The notes below the pieces were generated by a model, which did no database searches, was not told where the DNA came from, and saw nothing but the letters and a program-made list of their open reading frames with translations. From Candidatus Latescibacterota bacterium (GTDB lineage Bacteria; Latescibacterota; UBA2968; GCA-2709665), in the NCBI GenBank assembly GCA_965219455.1, contig OZ244744.1, positions 1,504,001-1,568,000 of the forward strand: DNA of 64,000 nt. Reading direction: 5' to 3'. Positions 10,804-19,482 of this stretch are shown here, piece by piece. Made by a program: the position numbers and the translations under genes. The first letter of the stretch is position 1. The number at the start of each line of letters is the position of its first letter.

Positions 10804-11052
10804 CGTTCAAGTTACGCGAATGTATACATCGTATGATGCCAATCGCAGGAGTAGATTGAAAGTGATCAACATTCGGCTCCCTCGAAGTGGATCATTGACC
10901 AATTTTCCGAATACTCCAAATTGGAAGCGGACCCGCAGATGGCCGAACCCATAGATATGGATACCATTCGGTTCAAATGTCCTCACTTCAACGCGTGTAT
11001 TGAGCGACTTGAGATACTCGAACGGGAACCAACAAACGGGCCATAACGAACA

Positions 11053-14000
11053 ATGAACAAGACAACGACAAAACTCACGTCAGCGGTTGGGGTGTACTTC
11101 ACCGAACTTCGAAGGATCCACGCCTCTGGCGGCGGAACCGGCGAGCGGTCCAGCTATGGACCGCTCGCCAATCTGCTGAACGCTGTTGGAAAGACGCTCA
11201 AGCCGAAGGTGTTCTGCGTAAGTGAGTTGGCCGACCAAGGTGCGGGACATCCCGATTTTGGCCTTTACGAGGCGAAGCAGGTCCAGAAGGGTCGTCCACG
11301 CCAGGGACAAACGCCGGAACGGGGCGTAGTGGAAGTTAAAACCCCTGCCGAAAATATGGGCGCATCGCAGGTTCGGGGCCAAGTCGTGCGCTATCTGAAC
11401 CGGTACAGCCTCGTGCTGACCACCAATTTGCGAGAGTTCGCTCTCGTCGGCCCGGACGCGACGGGTGGAGAGACGTTGCTCGAGCGCTATCGTCTCGCCA
11501 ACACCGAAGAAGAGTTTTGGCACAAATTGGACAAGCCGCGCGCCTTTGCAAATGAGGTCGGCGCAGGTCTGGGCGAATACCTGGTCCGTGCGCTATCCCA
11601 CCACGCGGCGATCTCCGAGCCAAAAGACCTTGCCTGGTTGCTCGCCTCATACGCCCGCGATGCCTTGGCGCGGGTGGAGGCCGCTGACGATCCAAAGTCG
11701 CTGGAGGCAATACGGTCGGCGCTGGAAGAGTCGCTCGGAGTCCGCTTCAAGGAGGAGCGAGGCGCGCGTTTTTTCCACTCCACCCTGGTGCAGACCCTCT
11801 TCTACGGCATTTTCTCCGCGTGGGTGCTATGGGCGCGACAAAAACCGGCGACCGGGAGCGGGTTTAATTGGCATGAAGCCGTCTGGCATTTGCGCACGCC
11901 GGTAATGCAGGCTCTGTTTCAGCAGATATCGCAGCCAGATCGCCTGCAGCCACTCGGTCTCGTGGAGGTGCTGGACTGGACGTCCGTCGCGCTCGATCGG
12001 GTGGACCGAGACACCTTCTTTTCCCGTTTTGACGAGGGGAAAACCGTAACCTATTTCTACGAACCGTTCCTGGAAGCCTTCGATCCCGATTTACGAAAGC
12101 AGTTGGGCGTCTGGTACACCCCGTCTCAAGTGGTGCGCTACATGGTTGCCCGTGTTGATAAGGCGCTCAAGGACGACCTCGGGATCGCGGATGGGCTTGC
12201 CGCGGAGAACGTCTACGTGCTGGACCCGTGCTGCGGAACCGGAGCGTATATCGCAGAAGTCCTGCGCCGCATTGCCGCCAATCTCGAAGGACGCGGCCTC
12301 GGAGCGCTTGCCGGTGCGCGGGTCAAGCAAGCGGCCACCGAGCGCGTGTTCGGCTTCGAGATCATGCCGGCGCCCTTCGTCGTTGCCCATTTGCAGGTCG
12401 ACCTCGTCCTGAACGATCTCGACGCGGCGCTGGCAGATAATGGATCGGAACGTGCAGGCATCCTTCTCACCAATGCGCTGACCGATTGGGAGGGCACGGG
12501 CGAGGGATCGCAGACGGTTGCCTTTCCCGAACTTCAGGAGGAACGCGACCGGGCCGGGAAGGTGAAGCAGGACACACCGATCCTCGTAATTCTCGGCAAT
12601 CCGCCCTACAACGGCTTCGCCGGCATGGCGGTGGACGAGGAACGCGAGTTGTCGGATGCCTACCGCTCGACCAATCTCGCACCTCCACCCGTGGGGCAGG
12701 GGCTGAACGACCTATATGTTCGCTTCTTCCGCATGGCCGAACGGCGCATCGAAAAAACTGGCAAAGGCGTGGTGTGCCTTATCTCCAACTATTCCTGGCT
12801 TGATGGCTTGTCATTTACCGGGATGCGAGAGCGCTATCTGGAGACTTTTGACGCGGTCCGGATTGATTGCCTGAACGGGGACAGATACAAGAGCGGGAAA
12901 GTCGCACCGGACGGTTCGCCGGACCCGAGCATCTTTTCAACCCAGGGTGCCCCGGTTGGTATCCAGGTCGGCACCGCGATTGCGACACTCGTGCGCAAAT
13001 CTGACCACGCCCCTTCTGAGTCAGTCGGATTTCGCCATCTTTGGGGAAAAACCAAACCCGCGGAATTGATTGAGACGGCGGAGGCCGAACCAAGTGCGCT
13101 CTACGACCGTGTTGAGCCAGTCTTGCCGCTCGGCTTGGCTTTCTTCCCGGTGGCAGTGAGCAAGGGCTGGTTCGACTGGCCGCCGCTCCCGGAACTGTTT
13201 CCGACCTCCTTTCCGGGCGTAACCACAAACCGCGACTCATTTCTTGTCGACATCGACCTTGATCGCCTCAAGGTTCGTGTAGGCGACTACTTCGACTCCC
13301 GCCTAAGCCATGAGGAAATTAGCCAACGCTATCCGGTGGCCATGAAGGCTACGACTTCAATCCCGAAAAGTCCAACTTCAGTGCGCGACGCAAGACTCCT
13401 CTTAGGCGGACCTGCTAAAGCTGGGTTCATTCGTTATAGCCACCGGCCGTTTGACACCAGATGGCTTTATTGGGAAGCGGAATCTGGTCTGTTGGCTCGC
13501 CCATGCCCCGACTTTCGGGAGCACGTATTTGGTAGAAATATGTGGATTGAAGCTCGCCAACGAGAGTCACGGGACTTCTTCTCACGAGGAACATTCGTAC
13601 GCCATCTGGCTGGCGATCTTGGTAACGGGCGATCACACTACTTCCCGGCATGGCTTCGCGACCAGGTCTTTGGGAAAGAAATCGATGGAGTAAAATGTAG
13701 CCCAAATTTGTCGGAGATTGCGCAACGCTATCTCAACGTTTTGGGATTGAACGTAGAAGACCTGTTCTATCGTGCCCTTGCCGTACTACACGATCCCGTC
13801 TACCGAGATACAAATGCTGGCGCCCTTAAGATGGAATGGCCGCGCATTCCTCTACCCGGCTGGCCTGATGGCAAAGCTGAAGGCGCAGCGCAGGCCCTCG
13901 CCGAATCGGCGGCCCGAGGACATGAACTGGCCAGCCACCTCGACCCCGACGCAGCCGTACCGGGTGTAACCGAGAGCCCTCTGCGACCGGAAATCGCGGC

Positions 14001-14409
14001 CATTGCCGTACCCTCAAGAATCGACTGGCGAAATATGTCAGGCGACGATTTCGCGCTTACGGCAGGATGGGGACACTTCGGGGCGGGCGAAGCGGTGATG
14101 CCGGGGCAGGGCCGCGTCGAACAGCGAAAATACACGGAGTGCGAACGGGCCACGCTGGGTTTGGCTAAATCTGTGCTGGGTGACAATACGTACGACATAT
14201 ATTTGAACGAAAAAGCCTTCTGGCGCAACGTTCCGGCGAGGGTCTGGGACTACAAACTTGGCGGCTACCAGGTACTCAAGAAATGGCTGTCCTATCGTGA
14301 GCGGAAGGTGCTCGGACGGGTGCTCAATCCCGACGAGGTGGCGTACTTTGCGGAGGTGGCAAGGAGGATTGCGGGGATATTGACGTTGACAGGAAGAAGC
14401 GAGGAATGA
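11053..14409 (+). CDS. Single-chain restriction-modification enzyme (N6-adenine MTase, type IIG / ISP-like C-terminus, no helicase domain)
   Basis: N-terminal PD..ExK (HPDFG..VEVK), YFYEPFL..FDP.LRKQLGVWYTP, LDPCCGTG, NPPY, C-terminal WDYKLGGYQVLKKWLSYR. Confidence 0.9.
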   Translation: MNKTTTKLTSAVGVYFTELRRIHASGGGTGERSSYGPLANLLNAVGKTLKPKVFCVSELADQGAGHPDFGLYEAKQVQKGRPRQGQTPERGVVEVKTPAENMGASQVRGQVVRYLNRYSLVLTTNLREFALVGPDATGGETLLERYRLANTEEEFWHKLDKPRAFANEVGAGLGEYLVRALSHHAAISEPKDLAWLLASYARDALARVEAADDPKSLEAIRSALEESLGVRFKEERGARFFHSTLVQTLFYGIFSAWVLWARQKPATGSGFNWHEAVWHLRTPVMQALFQQISQPDRLQPLGLVEVLDWTSVALDRVDRDTFFSRFDEGKTVTYFYEPFLEAFDPDLRKQLGVWYTPSQVVRYMVARVDKALKDDLGIADGLAAENVYVLDPCCGTGAYIAEVLRRIAANLEGRGLGALAGARVKQAATERVFGFEIMPAPFVVAHLQVDLVLNDLDAALADNGSERAGILLTNALTDWEGTGEGSQTVAFPELQEERDRAGKVKQDTPILVILGNPPYNGFAGMAVDEERELSDAYRSTNLAPPPVGQGLNDLYVRFFRMAERRIEKTGKGVVCLISNYSWLDGLSFTGMRERYLETFDAVRIDCLNGDRYKSGKVAPDGSPDPSIFSTQGAPVGIQVGTAIATLVRKSDHAPSESVGFRHLWGKTKPAELIETAEAEPSALYDRVEPVLPLGLAFFPVAVSKGWFDWPPLPELFPTSFPGVTTNRDSFLVDIDLDRLKVRVGDYFDSRLSHEEISQRYPVAMKATTSIPKSPTSVRDARLLLGGPAKAGFIRYSHRPFDTRWLYWEAESGLLARPCPDFREHVFGRNMWIEARQRESRDFFSRGTFVRHLAGDLGNGRSHYFPAWLRDQVFGKEIDGVKCSPNLSEIAQRYLNVLGLNVEDLFYRALAVLHDPVYRDTNAGALKMEWPRIPLPGWPDGKAEGAAQALAESAARGHELASHLDPDAAVPGVTESPLRPEIAAIAVPSRIDWRNMSGDDFALTAGWGHFGAGEAVMPGQGRVEQRKYTECERATLGLAKSVLGDNTYDIYLNEKAFWRNVPARVWDYKLGGYQVLKKWLSYRERKVLGRVLNPDEVAYFAEVARRIAGILTLTGRSEE

Positions 14410-14517
14410 CCGGATGGACAGAAAGCAGTTTGTGCGGCCCGAGAAAGGACACTCTATATTAAATGTCCGTTTACCGCCGTGAACGTGGCATTGCAGCACA
14501 ATAAGTGTGAGGACGGG

Positions 14518-15381
14518 ATGAATTGGCAATCTTACGAAGAATTGGTAAAGGATATCTACGAGCAAATCGGAAAATCGGCTGGCGTCAAAATCGAATGTTG
14601 GGGGCCAACTTGCAAAGTCAAAGGAAAATCCGGCAACTACCATCAGGTCGACGTACTGACATCCCATAGTGATGGGATTCACATATACAAAACGGCGATT
14701 GAATGTAAGCACTGGAACGAGAAAGTTGACAAAGATCCAATTGCCAAGCTTGCAGTGATTCTCGAAGACGCAAGAATTGAAAAGGGCATCGTGGTTTCAC
14801 AATTCGGATTTACGGCTGGCGCGAGGAAATTGGCGGAATACAAGAACATAGGTCTTGTCGAACTGCGAGAGCCTGTGAATGACGATTGGGATGGTTTGAT
14901 AAAGGACATTCATATAGATGTTCACGTGGAAGTTCCTGAACTATATGATTTCGAATTCGTCCAGAGCGACACAACGGATGAAAGCAAGAAAGAAAACATT
15001 CGTGTATTGAATACTGACGTCCGTATCCATTTACTAAACGGAGATACATTATCTCTTCACGAAATCACGAATCGAGTCCTTAGCAATCCTAAGGCTGACG
15101 AAAAAGCCACTGATGCAGAGGGTTTCTGCTGGTCTGAATTGCATTCACAGGAAAATGGCGAACAAGCCTTTGATGTGAGGTTTCCTGATGGTACCTCTTT
15201 ATCGGTCCCTGTACGAGAGGGTAGTGCGAAAATCAGAGAAATCCGCTTTAAGGTGCGGCACAGACAATACACCGAAAATATCCACATACGTGGCGAAGAC
15301 TACGTTTCTTGGATAATGCTTGCCATTTTCGAAAACAAGCGATTCGCAATTGGCCCAGATGGCACCGTTCGATCGTTTTAG
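14518..15381 (+). CDS. Mrr-cat-like restriction endonuclease
   Basis: WQSYEELV..HQVDV..AIECKHW..GIVVSQFGFT.GA PD-(D/E)xK pattern; lower GC than flanks. Confidence 0.85.
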   Translation: MNWQSYEELVKDIYEQIGKSAGVKIECWGPTCKVKGKSGNYHQVDVLTSHSDGIHIYKTAIECKHWNEKVDKDPIAKLAVILEDARIEKGIVVSQFGFTAGARKLAEYKNIGLVELREPVNDDWDGLIKDIHIDVHVEVPELYDFEFVQSDTTDESKKENIRVLNTDVRIHLLNGDTLSLHEITNRVLSNPKADEKATDAEGFCWSELHSQENGEQAFDVRFPDGTSLSVPVREGSAKIREIRFKVRHRQYTENIHIRGEDYVSWIMLAIFENKRFAIGPDGTVRSF

Positions 15382-15528
15382 CGGTGATTTTTACGACGAC
15401 TTTCTCGGGCGCCACGATCAAGCGTCCTCTGGTAACGCGCTTCTCGGTTGCCGCAGTAAGGTGCGGCAGATGCCCGAACAGCCAATCGGCGCACCTGCCG
15501 TGAATGTAATGTCAGACAGGTACAGTCA

Positions 15529-15709
15529 GGCGCAACGTTCCCGTTGCGATCTGGAACTACAAACTCGGCGGCTATCAGGTGCTCAAGAAATGGCTGTCCT
15601 ATCGTGAACGGAAAGTGCTCGGACGGGCGCTCAAGGCCGACGAGGTGGGGTACTTTGCGGAGGTAGCGAGGAGAATAGCGGGGATATTGATGTTGACTGG
15701 TAGAAACGA
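15529..15709 (+). pseudogene. Orphan duplicate of the 3' end of the R-M gene (matches 14222..14402)
   Basis: RNVPVAIWNYKLGGYQVLKKWLSYRERKVLGRALKADEVGYFAEVARRIAGILMLTGR; collinear over 181 bp, many differences synonymous. Confidence 0.92.
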
Positions 15710-15881
15710 CCTTCACCGATCGCAACGATCAACATGATTGTACTCTCAACCTCGGAGGCTGCAATTGTCGAGGCTTGGCCCGGTGATCGTTTCTCAGTTG
15801 AGTAGTGAATCATCATTAACAGGAAACGTCTCAGGCGAGAACCGCAGCGAATTGAATAACTCTGGGGAAAATGCACTCTTC

Positions 15882-16298
15882 ATGAGAATTGGTGATACGA
15901 TTAAGACACGCACGGGTGTCCGATATTTTGTCCATCCGAAGCACCGCGGGTCTCCAACAAGCAATACATGCACGTGGACAATTCCGATAGTCGACGAAGT
16001 GGCCCTATTTGAGGCTGCGTTACCATCGGTGCGCAGTCCAGGTCAGGCTTGTTGGGCGGCTGAGCCCGGGGTTCGTCGCCTCCGGACAGTCGGTGTCAAT
16101 GTTCATGTGGAATCACTATTCTTCGGAAAGTTCGTTGACGGTAGTTCCATGTCCAGATGGCACGGTTACCCTGCGGACTATAGGAGACGCACCCAGGATC
16201 GACCACCTCCCGCAGTGCTCCAAGTCTGGGTCACTCAAGGGCTCATAGAAAAGCACCACTTAGCAAAGATATCCGGGGGTATGAAATGCAACCTTTGA
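15882..16298 (+). CDS. Hypothetical protein with HPKH and WHGYP motifs (putative small nuclease-like toxin)
   Basis: ORF track 15738..16298, ATG at 15882 preferred; overlaps the next gene. Confidence 0.65.
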   Translation: MRIGDTIKTRTGVRYFVHPKHRGSPTSNTCTWTIPIVDEVALFEAALPSVRSPGQACWAAEPGVRRLRTVGVNVHVESLFFGKFVDGSSMSRWHGYPADYRRRTQDRPPPAVLQVWVTQGLIEKHHLAKISGGMKCNL

Positions 16299-17617
16299 CT
16301 CTTTCGATACCGGGAGATTTCTGGGATGTGCAAATCTACAAGGGCCGCCTCTACCTCTGGCATTATGATGGCCGGCTATCCGTGTACGACTGGGAGAGAC
16401 TGATCGAGTTGGCATATCCAAAAGCGAGTCGGTCGCATGCAGTCAAGGCGGCCTGGTTGCGAGGAAACTCTCTGTACCATCCTGACGTACTCGCTGTGTT
16501 TGATGACCCCGGATTTCGCGAGGTTCTTGACGCGAATTTCGCCGAACTCAGGGCGGAAGCTCCGGTCATCACTCCAAAATTGCTGAAAGGAGCCTTGTAT
16601 GGTGAACAGGACAATCCAGTCAAGGAGCTTCCGACAGATACCGAGATCTTCAAGAATGTCCTTTATCTCGTTACCTATGACGGATTTTGGTCTGCCACCG
16701 CCCACAGAAACAACCAACGCTATCCTGTCAGTTCCAGACCAATGAAACGTTGGGACGCACAAGCCTATTCCGCTTCGGCGTCACAAGGGCGAATAGCCCT
16801 TTCAGCTGGCGATGACGGACTCTTCGAACTTGATCTTCGGTCCCCCGATGATGATACGAATAGCGGAAACGTCTACTTTCCAGGATCAAATGACGAAAAT
16901 GGCAGCGTCAGCCAATTGACGGGCCGACATTCTTCATATGCGGACTGGGCATTTGCGAGCGTCTACAGCACGTCACTGGTTGGAGAATCCTGTCTGCTGG
17001 CTTTCGGCTGGCTACCGGATCCTGCCAGGTCGGGACGTCTCCGGCGGGAATTTGTTCGTGAAATCGCTGAATCCGAGATACTTCAGACAGGGCTCGTTCC
17101 AGGATTGAGCTGGGGCGCCGGAGACAAGATTTGTGGTATCTGCGGTACCGAATTAACTGTGATGCGTTATGTACAGAAAAACGTCACAAAGCCAGAAACC
17201 GAGACCCATAAGGCTCTCCTGGTTTCTGACAGAACATCGATTCCCTCGAGCGCCGAGGCGATGACCGAGGACGGCCCTCAGCGCCGTGAATCTCCCTTCG
17301 ATTCTGTTGGTTCAGTTCCCCTCAAAGAAGAAGCCGACGTTATTAAGGCCGGTCTGGCATACTTTGGGATTCTCCTTGAAACGCCAGACCAACTCCAAGT
17401 ATTCCGCAGTGACAAAGAGTTGTGGTCAATGGCGGGGCCGATCGTCAGGTGGCGCACGTACCCCCGCGCGAAGTATTACGAAAATCATCTGCACGTAATC
17501 GTCCAGGACGCCGTCCATATTGTCGCTTTCGTGCACGATTATTGGCAACATCAAGACGAAAAGATCGCGGGTATCCAATACCGGCATCAAAACCATCAAA
17601 GGCGGTCGACATTCTGA
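16286..17617 (+). CDS. Hypothetical protein, 443 aa, beta-rich (possible beta-propeller)
   Basis: Long ORF overlapping the upstream gene by 13 bp; no motif recognised. Confidence 0.8.
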   Translation: MQPLTLSIPGDFWDVQIYKGRLYLWHYDGRLSVYDWERLIELAYPKASRSHAVKAAWLRGNSLYHPDVLAVFDDPGFREVLDANFAELRAEAPVITPKLLKGALYGEQDNPVKELPTDTEIFKNVLYLVTYDGFWSATAHRNNQRYPVSSRPMKRWDAQAYSASASQGRIALSAGDDGLFELDLRSPDDDTNSGNVYFPGSNDENGSVSQLTGRHSSYADWAFASVYSTSLVGESCLLAFGWLPDPARSGRLRREFVREIAESEILQTGLVPGLSWGAGDKICGICGTELTVMRYVQKNVTKPETETHKALLVSDRTSIPSSAEAMTEDGPQRRESPFDSVGSVPLKEEADVIKAGLAYFGILLETPDQLQVFRSDKELWSMAGPIVRWRTYPRAKYYENHLHVIVQDAVHIVAFVHDYWQHQDEKIAGIQYRHQNHQRRSTF

Positions 17618-17871
17618 CCCCTTGTGCCAAAATACCACGAGACACCTCTTCGGCCGAATTTAGTGCAAATATATCGGACGGATTGGAGATAATGGCAAAA
17701 ATGCAATCTTTGGTTGTGGCGATCCGGCACGGGACCTCCAGGACCAGAAGGCCCCTTCCCGGCAAACCGGCTTATCTTCTTGCATCCAGATGAAAGAATC
17801 TACGTCGTCGCGTAACGTGCCCGGGGCAATCTGAGCCCAAATCTCTTGACTAACGGATACTTAATAGAAGG

Positions 17872-18066
17872 ATGAAGACACTTCAGGTTGACCCGATTAT
17901 CGCCGAAGTCCGGGCTATCCGGGAGGAACACGCAGCTCGGTTTGGCTACGACGTAAATGCGATATTCAAATATATTCGAGCCAGACAAGAGGCTTCCGGT
18001 CGCAAGTACGTTCGTTATTCTGCTCGCCGCATTTCCATTGAGTCGGAGAATCAGGGGTCCCGCTGA
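17872..18066 (+). CDS. Small antitoxin-like protein (DPIIAEVRAIRE family)
   Basis: DPI.EVR.IRE.HAARF.YD..AIF pattern, as seen in small proteins usually next to PIN toxins. Confidence 0.6.
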   Translation: MKTLQVDPIIAEVRAIREEHAARFGYDVNAIFKYIRARQEASGRKYVRYSARRISIESENQGSR

Positions 18067-18200
18067 GAGTAGGCATATATTTTGCTTATAATGAGACAAA
18101 ACAACGAGGGTTCGGACTTGCTATAACTGAGCGCGTAGCAGTGACAATACTGTGACGAGAGTTTTACTATTGCCCGTTGGCCAAAAAACAAAATCCGGAC

Positions 18201-18230
18201 TTGCGCTTTGGCTGCGGCTGCTGTTATAAT
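18201..18230 (+). promoter_or_regulatory. Sigma70-type promoter for the TIR operon (extended -10)
   Basis: TTGCGC-18-TATAAT with TG upstream of the -10; ATG 5 nt downstream suggests a leaderless or short-leader mRNA. Confidence 0.55.
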
Positions 18231-18235
18231 ATCTT

Positions 18236-19480
18236 ATGGGGGTTGATGTGGCTGACTTAGCCCGTGCAATTTTGGCCGTACATGTGGTCTGGCATCCGAA
18301 TTACTCCGAAGGATCCGATATAGCCGAGTTGATTTTCGAGCACTTCCGCAGCAAGAGGTACAAAAACGTCTTGGGAAATGTAGATCTGAACGTTGCTTTC
18401 CATAGTGCCCCCGAGCCAAATACTGAAACACCTGCTGAAATCGATTTAAGCGAGGCGAAGGCGTCGGCGGTTGTCTTGTTGGCGGAGTCCGCGCTTGCAG
18501 CAGAATCTGCGTGGCGGAAATACGTGGACGGTTTGATCAATGACGCGAATGCAAGAGGATTTGGGGCACGCGTGTTCCCGGTGGCGGTGGAAGAAGCGGG
18601 TCTCGATGTTGGGTTCGACGTCCAGGCACTACGCTGGGATCGCTGGAAAGGAAATGATACGGAGCGAGCACAACGCCTCATCAGGGAACTCTCATACGAG
18701 TTCAGCCGGATGCTCAGACACTATATCGAGCATCTCAAACATCCGACAGAGGATGACGGGGATCTTGAGCGTTACCTGGAAAAGGTGCAGGTTTTCCTCA
18801 GCCATTCAAAACACGATGGTGATGGTGAGCGTATTGCCCGGGATATTCGCGATTGGTTGCATCAAAGCAGCGGTCTGTCGAGTTTTTTCGATATGGTTGA
18901 CATTCCCGCGGGGACACCGTTTCAAGAGGTCCTGGACCTGCATGTCAAACGGAGCGCACTTGTGGCCTTGCATACTGACTCCTACTCGTCCCGCGAGTGG
19001 TGTCGGCGAGAGATCATTGTAGCCAAACGGTGCAATGTTCCGATGATTGTGGTCAATTGCGTAAGAGACGTTGACGAGCGTGGCTTTCCGTACATGGGCA
19101 ACGTTCCCAATGTGCGTATGGATCCTGGTAAGACAGTACCGGATAAGACATCTCGGATTGAAAGAGTAATAGGCTGTTTACTCGACGAGGTGTTCAAAGA
19201 CTTTCTTTGGCGTTGCCGCATCGAACTCGCAAGTGGAGAGAACCCGGATGTCTTGTTCATGGCCAGACCTCCTGAGCTGGTCTCTCTAGCGAGCGAGTTG
19301 ATCTCTCTTGGGAGTGCGGAGTTGCGCTCTCTTGCGAAGTTGCCGACTCGTACGGATGTAATGGATCCCATGATCGTATATCCCGACCCTCCTCTGGGGG
19401 CTGAGGAGGAACAGCTATTTGAAAAAATCGCGCCGCACGTGCGGTTGCGAAATCTGACCCGGTGGCTTACGGAGGCATAA
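18236..19480 (+). CDS. TIR-domain protein
   Basis: VFLSHSKHDG..FFD..DIP.G..YSSREWCRREI (TIR with catalytic Glu); C-terminal YPDPPLG.EE. Confidence 0.88.
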   Translation: MGVDVADLARAILAVHVVWHPNYSEGSDIAELIFEHFRSKRYKNVLGNVDLNVAFHSAPEPNTETPAEIDLSEAKASAVVLLAESALAAESAWRKYVDGLINDANARGFGARVFPVAVEEAGLDVGFDVQALRWDRWKGNDTERAQRLIRELSYEFSRMLRHYIEHLKHPTEDDGDLERYLEKVQVFLSHSKHDGDGERIARDIRDWLHQSSGLSSFFDMVDIPAGTPFQEVLDLHVKRSALVALHTDSYSSREWCRREIIVAKRCNVPMIVVNCVRDVDERGFPYMGNVPNVRMDPGKTVPDKTSRIERVIGCLLDEVFKDFLWRCRIELASGENPDVLFMARPPELVSLASELISLGSAELRSLAKLPTRTDVMDPMIVYPDPPLGAEEEQLFEKIAPHVRLRNLTRWLTEA

Positions 19481-19482
19481 CG

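Noticed and set aside
14222-15709. DGR template/variable repeat pair
   Set aside because: Mismatches are not adenine-specific and are often synonymous; no reverse transcriptase in the window. The same applies to 1414/2866.
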